Below, piece by piece: positions 21,107 through 29,712 of a DNA stretch of 64,000 nt. The notes below the pieces were generated by a model. It did no database searches. It saw nothing but the letters and a program-made list of their open reading frames with translations, and was not told the DNA's origin. The DNA is from Planctomycetaceae bacterium (GTDB taxonomy: Bacteria; Planctomycetota; Planctomycetia; Pirellulales; Pirellulaceae). Location of the stretch: positions 3,280-67,279 of the forward strand of contig SYJV01000175.1 in the NCBI GenBank assembly GCA_005798335.1, given 5' to 3'. Every line of letters begins with the position of its first letter. Within the stretch, counting starts at the first letter, position 1. A program made the translations under genes and the position numbers.

Positions 21107-21346
21107 TTAGGCACGCGGCTGGTAACAACCGCGTCCTTCGATGCAGCTAATGCGTTCCACCAATACGTGATCAGGTCCAACACAATGCTGGGTCTTGTTG
21201 CACCAGCAATTGAAACGCGTACTACCTGCTTCTTCGGGTGTCTTTGGATCTGGATCACCCGTCACGTAGATAGCTTTGCTGCGCAGGAACATGCAGGGAG
21301 GCAAAGTCGTCGTCTTGGGCCCTTCAAAGGCTCGTTTGTATCCCAT
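21107..21346 (-). CDS. small cysteine-rich hypothetical protein (79 aa)
   Basis: MGYKRAFEGPKTTTLPPCMFLRSK...NCWCNKTQHCVGPD...CIEGRGCY contains six Cys. It is the last ORF of the minus-strand oxidoreductase operon and is followed by a terminator. The sequence feels like a conserved small-protein family, but I cannot name it. Confidence 0.55.
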   Translation of the reverse strand: MGYKRAFEGPKTTTLPPCMFLRSKAIYVTGDPDPKTPEEAGSTRFNCWCNKTQHCVGPDHVLVERISCIEGRGCYQPRA

Positions 21347-21385
21347 GGTAAATCTCTTTGATCAGAAGTATTAGATATCTTTTGG

Positions 21386-22417
21386 TTATGCAAAATTCAC
21401 CGCAGCGGTTTCGCACGTACTCGATTCAAAGCAGCCGGTTTCTAAACCAGCAGCACGCAAAATGGCGCGCTTCACTGCAACCTTGGCTAGCTCGATCTTA
21501 TACTCGTTTCCTGACAACGCGATCGCTCCAGACACGGCCTTCATTCCGGCCATCGCAGCAGTTTCCTCATTGATCGGCCTGCCTAGAAGCGCCATTGCGG
21601 CTTCACGAGCGATCCACGGAGTTGGTGCGACTTGTCCCAGCACGATTTTCGATTCTGTGACCAATCCGCTCAGCACTTCAAAACGAACTGCCGCGGCCAT
21701 TAATGGCTGATCAGGCCCTTCGCCATGACGAACCTCGTAAGCTGCCGATAATCTACCCTGATCGGGAGGCAGGATGATATGCGTCACCAATTGACCTGCG
21801 GCTAATGCAATTTCGGTTTCGTCAGTTTTTTCCGGAGTGCAGAACAGATTTTCGATATCGACAATCTGTTCTTGCTCAGGTTTCGGACCAATGATGCGCA
21901 CTTTGGCTCCTAGCGAAATCATCGCTGGTGCCAATCGCGATGCGCTAACAAATTTTGCAGGCCCTCGATTTCCCAAAATCGCGTGGTATCGATTATCACC
22001 TTCGATCACCATACGACCTTCGTTAGCCAACAATCCGTTTCCGCCGCGGAAATACCAACAACACGGTCTTCGCAGCAGTTCGCCAGCCACTGTTCCCTGC
22101 GACTGCATCTGCACGCTGCTGATGCCTTGAATTACCTGCTTGATCGAAGGAAATGGATCGACAACTGGACTGGTCAGCAGTTCGTCGAGATGAACTGCCG
22201 CCCCAATCCACAAGTTGTTGTTTTCATCGCGCTTGATGTGTTGCATGGTTTCGATGTCGCCGACATTGACCACTCGGTCCGGCGCTACAACCATGCTCTG
22301 CATCAAGGCAACCAGATCCGTCCCACCTGCGAGCACCGCAGTCGATTTATTAGCAACCGAAAGGAGTTGAATCGCTTCCGCTTCGGTTTTTGCATATGCA
22401 TATTCAAAATTTTTCAT
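21386..22417 (-). CDS. xanthine dehydrogenase-family FAD-binding subunit (PaoB/CoxM-like)
   Basis: MKNFEYAYAKTEAEAIQLL...AVLAGGTDLVALMQ FAD-binding motif. 343 aa. Confidence 0.85.
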   Translation of the reverse strand: MKNFEYAYAKTEAEAIQLLSVANKSTAVLAGGTDLVALMQSMVVAPDRVVNVGDIETMQHIKRDENNNLWIGAAVHLDELLTSPVVDPFPSIKQVIQGISSVQMQSQGTVAGELLRRPCCWYFRGGNGLLANEGRMVIEGDNRYHAILGNRGPAKFVSASRLAPAMISLGAKVRIIGPKPEQEQIVDIENLFCTPEKTDETEIALAAGQLVTHIILPPDQGRLSAAYEVRHGEGPDQPLMAAAVRFEVLSGLVTESKIVLGQVAPTPWIAREAAMALLGRPINEETAAMAGMKAVSGAIALSGNEYKIELAKVAVKRAILRAAGLETGCFESSTCETAAVNFA

Positions 22418-22423
22418 TTGTTC

Positions 22424-24658
22424 TTATCCTTTCGCTGATCGCAAAGCGTTGAGAACTCGTTGTGGAGTCATGGGTTGGCTGGGAACGCGAACGCCGGTAG
22501 CGTTGCAAACCGCATTGGCAATCGCGGTGATACCGCTGATCGCCGGTGGTTCACCCAAGCCGATAACGCCTCGATCGCGTTCGTTTTCCGGTTCATGCAA
22601 GTGGACCACCAATTCTCCGATATCTCCCAAACGTGGCAATCTGTACGTGCCCATTTCGCAGTTCACAAATGCCCCAGTCTTGGGATCATTGATGCGTTGT
22701 TCGAACAACGCCGCGGCAATGCTCATGATCATCGCACCATAGATTTGGCTTTCAGCCGATTGGCGGTTAACAATCAATCCCATGTCCTGAACGGCCACCA
22801 GTTTTTTCATCTTCACGACACCGGTCTCGAGATCGACGGCTACATGGGCCATCTGAACTCCACCGACGTTGACGCTCGACAAAGGGCTGTTGCCGCGTTT
22901 GAACTCGGCATTGACCTCAAGCGGTCGAATTCCGATCAAACTGCATGCCTCCTTCCAAGTCAACTTTTTGTCGGAGTAACCAGTTACGCGAATTTCACCT
23001 TTGGAAGCCTCCAGCTTGTCCGCCGGAGCGCCAAGTTTGGTTGCCACCAAATCGAAAATTTTCGCGAGGGCTTCCTGAGCCGCTCGCCGATGTGATTCGG
23101 TCACGGCACCGACCGTGGTGCTGCCGCCCGAAGCGCCACTGAAGGGATAAGTCGAGCTTCCAATGTTGATCTTGACGGCGTCGAGGGTCAATCCAAACGT
23201 CTCCGCAAGAACCATAGCGCACACGGTGCGCGTGCCCGTGCCGATATCTTGGGTACCGCAGAAAGACTCGACTCCACCGTCGGGATAGACTCGTAACTTG
23301 CAGTTCGATTCACCTGCGGCTCCGCCCCACTTGTGAATCCCAATGCCCAAGCCTTCAACCACGGAACCGCGTTTGTTTCCTTTACCGTGCGGATGCCAAT
23401 GATTGCTCCAGCCAATCAACTCAGCCGCAATGCGCATCTCTTCGGCATACAAAGATGCTTTTTCGGGAATATCAATATTTTCTAGGTTTCTCATGAAAAT
23501 ATCAAAACTATCCACACCCATCTTCGCGGCCAAGTCGTCGTACGCCGTCTGTGTAATCGCACATGCTTGAGGATGGTTGGGCGCTCGCCAAGCTACTGAT
23601 GGTTCATTATTGGTAATGATACCGGTGGCTCGGCGACGAACATTCTTCGGATGGAAGACATATGGAAAGTTCGTCACACCGATTGTCGAGCCGTTGAAGC
23701 CCGACGTGCCCCAATGATGCGAATCCCAAACTTGGACAACGCCATTTTCATCGGCGCCAATTTTCACATCAATGTAGCCCGACGGTCGATTGCCGCCGAT
23801 CTTCAGTTCTTGATCGCGCGATAGCAAGAACTTGACTGGCCGGCCGAGCTTTCGAGAAATTTCAGCGGCAGCAATTCCCCAATATCCAGGTTGGAACTTG
23901 CTTCCGAAACCGCCACCAATGTAATTGCAGGTAACTTGGACATCATCCGCAGTAATTCCCAGTGCGGTGGCATATCCATCGTCAGTAGTCGAAACGTTTT
24001 GGGTTGAGAGGTACGCCCTTAACTTGCCACCCTCCCAGTACACTGTGGCACCGTGAGGTTCGAGGCAACAGTGGGTAATCACATCTACGCCGTAACGACC
24101 TTCGACGACATACTTGGAATCCTGAAAGAGCTTTTGAATGGTCTTTTCTTCCCAAGCCTTCTCCTCTTCGTTGGCGCCAGGCTCGCCGAGTGCGTCATCC
24201 AACTCGATACCACCGCCAGCGGCCTTGGTTCGTTTGGCAGCTTCGGCAGCAGCGAGATTTTGGTCGTCGACAAAGACGTCCATCAGCTCGTACTGCACTT
24301 TGAGTTTGGAAACACCTTCCGCAGCGGCAGCTTCACTCTCGGCCGCAACAGCGACCAACAGTGTGCCTTCTGCCTGAATTTCGATTGGATCACCACCCGG
24401 TGCCGGAGCTTTGTCCTTGATGAGATGTACCAGGACCACACCCGGCACTTTCTCGGCCGCAGAAGTGTCGACCGAGATCACTTTGCAATGCGCATGAGGA
24501 CAACCAAGAGCGCGCACGACGACTTGGTTAGGAAAGTTCACGTCGTACGAGTACTTAGCAATGCCAGTCGACTTCTCAAGCGTGTCTGGACGGACGACAC
24601 GTTTGCCAATATAAGCGGATTTGTGATTGTCGGGCCAAATATATTTTACCTCAGCCAT
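22424..24658 (-). CDS. xanthine dehydrogenase-family molybdopterin-binding subunit (PaoC-like)
   Basis: About 744 aa, with aldehyde oxidase/xanthine dehydrogenase a/b hammerhead and Moco-binding regions (GGGFGSK, GIGIHKWGG, GEPPAISG). The start is set to ATG 24658, preceded by ggagg. It overlaps the upstream stop by 8 nt. Confidence 0.88.
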   Translation of the reverse strand: MAEVKYIWPDNHKSAYIGKRVVRPDTLEKSTGIAKYSYDVNFPNQVVVRALGCPHAHCKVISVDTSAAEKVPGVVLVHLIKDKAPAPGGDPIEIQAEGTLLVAVAAESEAAAAEGVSKLKVQYELMDVFVDDQNLAAAEAAKRTKAAGGGIELDDALGEPGANEEEKAWEEKTIQKLFQDSKYVVEGRYGVDVITHCCLEPHGATVYWEGGKLRAYLSTQNVSTTDDGYATALGITADDVQVTCNYIGGGFGSKFQPGYWGIAAAEISRKLGRPVKFLLSRDQELKIGGNRPSGYIDVKIGADENGVVQVWDSHHWGTSGFNGSTIGVTNFPYVFHPKNVRRRATGIITNNEPSVAWRAPNHPQACAITQTAYDDLAAKMGVDSFDIFMRNLENIDIPEKASLYAEEMRIAAELIGWSNHWHPHGKGNKRGSVVEGLGIGIHKWGGAAGESNCKLRVYPDGGVESFCGTQDIGTGTRTVCAMVLAETFGLTLDAVKINIGSSTYPFSGASGGSTTVGAVTESHRRAAQEALAKIFDLVATKLGAPADKLEASKGEIRVTGYSDKKLTWKEACSLIGIRPLEVNAEFKRGNSPLSSVNVGGVQMAHVAVDLETGVVKMKKLVAVQDMGLIVNRQSAESQIYGAMIMSIAAALFEQRINDPKTGAFVNCEMGTYRLPRLGDIGELVVHLHEPENERDRGVIGLGEPPAISGITAIANAVCNATGVRVPSQPMTPQRVLNALRSAKG

Positions 24659-25247
24659 TTTGACCTCCTTTGGCGATCGAAATCGCAGCTTGAAGAATGT
24701 TCGCGTAGGTCCCGCACCGGCAGATGTTTCCGTTAAGGCCGGCACGAATCTGCTCTTCGGTCGCGTTGGGGTTTCTATTCAAAAACGCTCGCACGGCAAC
24801 GACGAATCCGGGCGTGCAAAATCCACATTGCGATGCATCGTATTGCATGAATGCTTTGGGAACCGCATCACCAGCCAAACTCTCTACGGTTTGGATATTC
24901 TTTCCAACCGCACTGAGGGCAAGTGTTACTGCGGCTTCCACGGGGCGGTTATCAATTAGAACTGTACTGGCGCCGCTACTGCCATCGGAACTAACTGGCT
25001 TGGCACCGGTCAGATTGAATTGGTAGCGCAAAACATCCAGCAAAGTTGTTCTGGGCTCAACTTTGGCTGTCATGGATTTGCCGTTAACATTCAACGAGAC
25101 AGTGGTCTCGCCTGCGATAACTTGTGAACTTTGTGCAGACTTTTCCTGAGCCGCTGCGGACGTAACAACAGCCGACGCTGCCGCCACGGCGCTAGAGCCT
25201 TTTAGAAAAGCCCGACGACTGAATTGATCAGAAGATGGTTTGGCCAT
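24651..25247 (-). CDS. (2Fe-2S)-binding subunit with twin-arginine signal (PaoA-like)
   Basis: The start MAKPSSDQFSRRAFLKGSSAVAAASAV carries a Tat motif (SRRAFLK). The 2Fe-2S cysteine motifs are CGFCTPG and CRCGTY. Confidence 0.88.
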   Translation of the reverse strand: MAKPSSDQFSRRAFLKGSSAVAAASAVVTSAAAQEKSAQSSQVIAGETTVSLNVNGKSMTAKVEPRTTLLDVLRYQFNLTGAKPVSSDGSSGASTVLIDNRPVEAAVTLALSAVGKNIQTVESLAGDAVPKAFMQYDASQCGFCTPGFVVAVRAFLNRNPNATEEQIRAGLNGNICRCGTYANILQAAISIAKGGQNG

Positions 25248-25483
25248 ATCAAATCCAACCGTTTGAGGCAATTTTTAGAGCGGCAAATACAACTTTGTGC
25301 CGCTCAAACTTCCGATGAGTATACGGAAGCCATCGCGGGTGACAAACAAATAACTGACATTCTGGCCATTTTTTTAGAATTTTTAGCAGCCCCCCTGGCA
25401 GCATGCCGTTCGGCCGCCAGGATCAGCGCGACCAGTTTTTCAACGGTGCTTACAATTACAAGCACGACACGCAACTGAAAGTG

Positions 25484-25561
25484 TGCCAGGAATGACATAC
25501 TCGCTTGCGCATCGGGCTTGTATTCGCTCAGCCATGCTAAAATCCCATTCTGCCGCTGGCC
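25484..25561. repeat. Diverged half copy of hairpin repeat family A (inverted orientation)
   Basis: tgccaggaatgacatactcgcttgcgcatcgggcttgtattcgct... matches the reverse complement of the loop plus left arm of family A, at roughly 80 percent identity. It ends 3 nt from the stop codon at 25565-25567. Confidence 0.7.
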
Positions 25562-25564
25562 TTG

Positions 25565-26245
25565 CTACTTTTCTACAAGGCGTTTTCGCAAACGATTGTC
25601 GTCTTGGCAACACGCGCACAGTCCGGTCTCGAACATGATGATTGCGCAGACGTCACACCAATAGTCCACTTCGTACTTTTGGCTTTCTCGCAGTTCATAG
25701 ACTCGAATAATCTGCAACATGGGCTGGCCTGAGTACTGACGCACAAATAGTTCGACCTGCATTTCACGCAATCGTTGGTCGGTACGAAATGAACGACCTC
25801 GCGAATCGTCCAAGATCGGCAGCAGAGAACCATCATCTGTCAATATCGCTAATGAACGCTGCGCGGCCTCCGGCACAGTTGAAATGCCATAACGCTCCTT
25901 CAAGGCTTCGTTCAACCAGACTATTTTGCCGCGAAACGATACAGTGCGAAACTCTAGCGGTTTCGTATTCGCTTGCTGCGTACGACTCGCAAGCATGTCC
26001 TTGCCATCGAAGTTCGCTTGTTTCGTAGTGAGCGTCGAATCAGATGAGTTCGGCAGAGTATCGGTTGTTTGACAATGGCCGCGGTCAGCAAAGAAACAAA
26101 GGTACCCAACCAAGAAAGCTATAGAACTTAGACCCCAAGCAGCACGCCCCCAGAAAAGTGGCTGGCGTCTGCCTTGCGGCACTATGGAATAACCAAACAC
26201 AGGCTCGATGGTTGTTGGATGACTACTCCGCTGCATGACCCACAA
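25565..26245 (-). CDS. hypothetical membrane-anchored protein with Cys-rich C-terminus
   Basis: 226 aa with one predicted TM (AAWGLSSIAFLVGYLCFF) and a C-terminal YWCDVCAIIMFETGLCACCQ cluster. It overlaps the upstream ORF by 23 nt, which suggests an operon. Confidence 0.5.
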   Translation of the reverse strand: MWVMQRSSHPTTIEPVFGYSIVPQGRRQPLFWGRAAWGLSSIAFLVGYLCFFADRGHCQTTDTLPNSSDSTLTTKQANFDGKDMLASRTQQANTKPLEFRTVSFRGKIVWLNEALKERYGISTVPEAAQRSLAILTDDGSLLPILDDSRGRSFRTDQRLREMQVELFVRQYSGQPMLQIIRVYELRESQKYEVDYWCDVCAIIMFETGLCACCQDDNRLRKRLVEK

Positions 26246-26891
26246 CTACCATTTCCAATGGCACATCCATCGGTTTCCCTCCAGCTTGACCCTTCGCAAT
26301 CATCCTGAGCACCCACCAATCCTTTTCTTCGTCATGACGCAACGACGTTTTTTCCTCGGATTTCTCAGCGCGCTGCAAACTGATCATGGCAGGATGACTA
26401 CCACCGGAAACTTCGGCGCTGGCGGCCAGCAATGCTTTGGTTTCCCATTTCTTTCCTGGCTGATCATTCTCGGCCTTAGACATCAGAAAGAAATCTCGAG
26501 TGGGTGAAGTACCCACATGGTTTCCATCTACCGGCTGAAGTTCGAATCGCAGCGTGTACCAACCGCTTTGAACCTCTTGATTACGAAAGTCGTTGCTCTT
26601 GCGTGGATAGTGTATTAAGCCAATCAATTGCCCCTGTTGGAATGGATAGATGCGTTCACCAGTTGGTTTGAAATCCGCCATGGTTTCAATATTCTTGCAC
26701 AGCCAAATCTCGGACGAGGTCCGAGAACCACGCATAACTTTTACTCCTTGGGCTTCGAACTGTGCGAGTAGATCGGAACTGATGCCCTCGGCAGCCGGGG
26801 GCCCATCGATTGCGGCCGCTTTGTAATCCTGACCAAACAGGTTGGAAACGCACAAAACGACCAACCAACCACCGATCATCACTCGTAGCAT
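26223..26891 (-). CDS. hypothetical secreted protein
   Basis: The start is set to ATG 26891 (MLRVMIGGWLVVLCVSNLFGQ, a signal peptide). I recognise no motif. Confidence 0.5.
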   Translation of the reverse strand: MLRVMIGGWLVVLCVSNLFGQDYKAAAIDGPPAAEGISSDLLAQFEAQGVKVMRGSRTSSEIWLCKNIETMADFKPTGERIYPFQQGQLIGLIHYPRKSNDFRNQEVQSGWYTLRFELQPVDGNHVGTSPTRDFFLMSKAENDQPGKKWETKALLAASAEVSGGSHPAMISLQRAEKSEEKTSLRHDEEKDWWVLRMIAKGQAGGKPMDVPLEMVVVGHAAE

Positions 26892-27088
26892 GAAAACCTC
26901 AAGAAAGTTATTTTCTAAGTAGTTGCCAGTGCTAAACAAACCTGCACAGCCAATAATAACCCGACGCGTTATTCATCAATCGCTTCAACATCCGACCAGC
27001 GCCACTAGAGTATTTTTCGCTGAGTCAAAGAGAATTTTTCGCCGACACGCCGGGTCACCAAGTCTCCGACCTGTTAGTCCAGGGCACC

Positions 27089-27784
27089 TTATTTGGCTGC
27101 CAGCTTTCCTATCGAGGATTCCTGACGGAATAACCCGAGGTAAGCCGTGCGCGTGTCCGGAATAGACCAGCGCGTACCAAGAGCTCGTGCAGAAACATCG
27201 CCTTCAATCGTGACACCGGGCACAAAATTGGTTAACTTTGTCAACGGCGGATAGAAAGCCGATTCGTTTGAACAAATGCAGTCGCCTTTACGCGCTTTCC
27301 TGACGGTGACTGTTGCGAACTTGCCGATCTTCACGCTGGCATTCAATGCCTCTTTATCGAAATCCATGGATATCGGTGCAGGTTGGACTGCAAGCACGTT
27401 GGATTCGGCGATTCCGGTTTGAGCAAGCGCGAAACTGCGAAGTGCTTCTTGCTGTTTGCTGGTGGCATCCGAATCCACGAAAATCATCGCCTTCAACGTC
27501 TTAGCGTCTTCCAAGCCATTGAGCGCCAAGGTGTGCGATGTCTTGACCACGATTGCTACAGCCATCCCGGACAAATCCACGTCGAGGTGGGTTCCTTTAG
27601 AAATTTGCCAACTCATAACAGCGTCCTTGCCAGCCGAACCGACCTCGCCATTAGCAAAACATGGCCCGGTATAGATTTGGCAAGTTCTCGCTTCAATATA
27701 AGTCCCACTGATCGAGTTGGCCGCCAGTGCAGACGTACCTAACGATAACGCAATCGCGAGCGTATAAGCTACATTTCGAAGCAT
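27089..27784 (-). CDS. secreted DUF1326-like protein
   Basis: A signal peptide (MLRNVAYTLAIALSLGTSALA) is followed by GTYIEARTCQIYTGPCFANGE...WQISKGTHLDVDLSGMAV...FVDSDATSKQQEALRSFA, whose pattern resembles DUF1326. The family assignment is from memory. Confidence 0.5.
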   Translation of the reverse strand: MLRNVAYTLAIALSLGTSALAANSISGTYIEARTCQIYTGPCFANGEVGSAGKDAVMSWQISKGTHLDVDLSGMAVAIVVKTSHTLALNGLEDAKTLKAMIFVDSDATSKQQEALRSFALAQTGIAESNVLAVQPAPISMDFDKEALNASVKIGKFATVTVRKARKGDCICSNESAFYPPLTKLTNFVPGVTIEGDVSARALGTRWSIPDTRTAYLGLFRQESSIGKLAAK

Positions 27785-28061
27785 GATTCAATTCCCCTTG
27801 GTCAGGCTGAGAGTCGTTCTCGATAACGAAATACCTGGATAGAGCATATACTCTGGATGGCCGACACGTCAAGCAAAAGTCGGTTTTCATGGAGTTCGAC
27901 TAGAATGAAATTTCGGGCTCTAGCCTAACTGGCTATCTACCTGGCGAAAGTCGTGCGTTATTGAGCGTTAGCGTGGCTTGACTTTGTTTGCGTTTTTGGG
28001 CGGGTTGGCTTACCATCAAAGCTGATAATTCATACTCCAAATCTTCGGTGGCGATATTCTC

Positions 28062-29549
28062 ATGTCCGACCTCAATCCTGCGGTGCTCACCAAGAAACTG
28101 GTGCAATTGAACCTGATCGAACAGTATCAAGTTGATCAAGCTTGGTCCGAAGTTCAGGCGGTCAACGGCGACTGTGAAGACCTATTCCGACTTTTGGTGC
28201 GCAAACAACTGTTGACAAACCTGCAAGTCGATCGCTTGAAGAAAGGTGAAACGGCTGGATTTTTCTACGGCCAATACAAAGTTCTCTACCTGATCGGCAT
28301 GGGGTCTTTCGCCCGTGTTTACCGAGCTGTACATCGTCAGACCAGTCAAGTTGCTGCGGTAAAAGTGCTGCGCAGTCGGCATCGTGGCGGGGCGGAATCC
28401 GTCGAGCAATTCATGCGCGAAGCGAAAGTTGGATTGCAGCTAAAACACAAGAACATAGTGGAGATCTACGAAGTCGATCCCGACCCGCGCAGTCCCTACA
28501 TGGTAATGGAATTCGTCGAAGGGCAAACTCTGCGCGAGCTAGTAAAAGTTCGCCGCAAACTGGATCCATTGACTGCCTTGAAGTTGACCGCCGACGTCGC
28601 ACGAGGCTTGGCGCATGCCGCAGCTATGGGAATCAGCCACCGAGATATGAAATTGAGCAACGTGTTGGTTACCAGCAAAGGGGAAGCCAAGCTGGTCGAT
28701 TTTGGTTTGGCGGCTCTTTCGGACACCAGCAATGACCAAGCGATTGCCGATTGCCCCAACGCGCGTGCGATCGATTATGCGTCGCTCGAACGCGGAACGG
28801 GAGTACGTCGAGATGATCCGCGCAGCGATTTGTTTTTCCTGGGCTGTATATTGTATCACTGTTTAGTTGGTGATGCACCGATGCCTGAGACCAAGGATCG
28901 GTTTGCAAGATTAAATACCGCCCGGTTTCAAGAGATTCGATTACTATCGCAGGCAGCCCCCGAAGTGCCCATGAATGTGGCTTCGGTGTGCCACAAAGCG
29001 ATCGAATACGATCCAACTAGACGCTATCAGACAGCCGCTCAGATGCTGGCAGATTTAGAAGCGACTATCAAAAAGCTCGAAGCTGGTGATACCCATTCGT
29101 CTGCTACCGCATCATCGGTCGAAGAGAGCGCCGATGAAGACGCATCCAACGAAGGAAACAACCGCACCATCATGTTGGTCGAGAGCAAGACCGAGTTCCA
29201 AGACTTGATTCGCGATAAACTCAAGAAACGCGGGTATCGAGTCTTAGTATTTGGTGACCCAGCACGAGCGCTCTCGCGATTCATACCTGACCTAGAACCT
29301 CCGGCCGACTGCATCGTCATCAGCGCGCCAGAACTGGGCGCTGCCGCCTTGGACGCGTTTAACAAGTTGGTGGCCGACGAGCATACCAAGAACATTCCTG
29401 CGGTGATGCTGGTCGATCGCAAGCAGCAGTTTGTGATTCAAAACGCAAAAGTGAACAAGAACCACGTACTCCTCGCCATGCCTCTGAAAGTACGCGATCT
29501 ACGAGCCACATTGGTCAAGCTACTATCGAGCAGCGCGCCGACCAGCTAA
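28062..29549 (+). CDS. Ser/Thr protein kinase with C-terminal degenerate receiver-like domain
   Basis: Kinase motifs GMGSFARVY, AVKVL, HRDMKLSNVLV and DFGLA. The C-terminal ~120 aa (RTIMLVESKTEF...CIVISAPELG...PAVMLVDRK...LLAMPLKVRDL) have a CheY-like alternating pattern. Confidence 0.85.
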   Translation: MSDLNPAVLTKKLVQLNLIEQYQVDQAWSEVQAVNGDCEDLFRLLVRKQLLTNLQVDRLKKGETAGFFYGQYKVLYLIGMGSFARVYRAVHRQTSQVAAVKVLRSRHRGGAESVEQFMREAKVGLQLKHKNIVEIYEVDPDPRSPYMVMEFVEGQTLRELVKVRRKLDPLTALKLTADVARGLAHAAAMGISHRDMKLSNVLVTSKGEAKLVDFGLAALSDTSNDQAIADCPNARAIDYASLERGTGVRRDDPRSDLFFLGCILYHCLVGDAPMPETKDRFARLNTARFQEIRLLSQAAPEVPMNVASVCHKAIEYDPTRRYQTAAQMLADLEATIKKLEAGDTHSSATASSVEESADEDASNEGNNRTIMLVESKTEFQDLIRDKLKKRGYRVLVFGDPARALSRFIPDLEPPADCIVISAPELGAAALDAFNKLVADEHTKNIPAVMLVDRKQQFVIQNAKVNKNHVLLAMPLKVRDLRATLVKLLSSSAPTS

Positions 29550-29574
29550 TACTACAGCGCGCCGTGGCTCTATT

Positions 29575-29622
29575 GTCGCCTTTCGCTCCGCGAAAGGACG
29601 CTTTTGCGGAGCAAAAGCCGAC
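29575..29622. repeat. 48-bp imperfect palindrome (REP-like)
   Basis: gtcgcctttcgctccgc gaaaggacgctttt gcggagcaaaagccgac, with arms matching 15/17. It lies between convergent genes (kinase stop at 29549, hydrolase stop at 29713). Only one copy occurs in this window. Confidence 0.6.
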
Positions 29623-29712
29623 ACTGTAACGCTGTCGTACTAATTAACGACGATTGGCCTACGAATGCGGAACAAACTACGCGTTCGCACCGAGTTTTGC
29701 TAACCTCCAAGG

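Noticed and set aside
21050-21361. 103-aa plus-strand ORF
   Set aside because: It starts inside the terminator stem and is antisense to the Cys-rich small ORF, which fits the operon and terminator layout better.
27795-27850. TPP-riboswitch-like fragments (ctgagag ... acctggata) upstream of the kinase gene
   Set aside because: Only two short matches are present. The conserved pyrimidine-sensing helix and the remaining core are absent, and the downstream gene has no link to thiamine.
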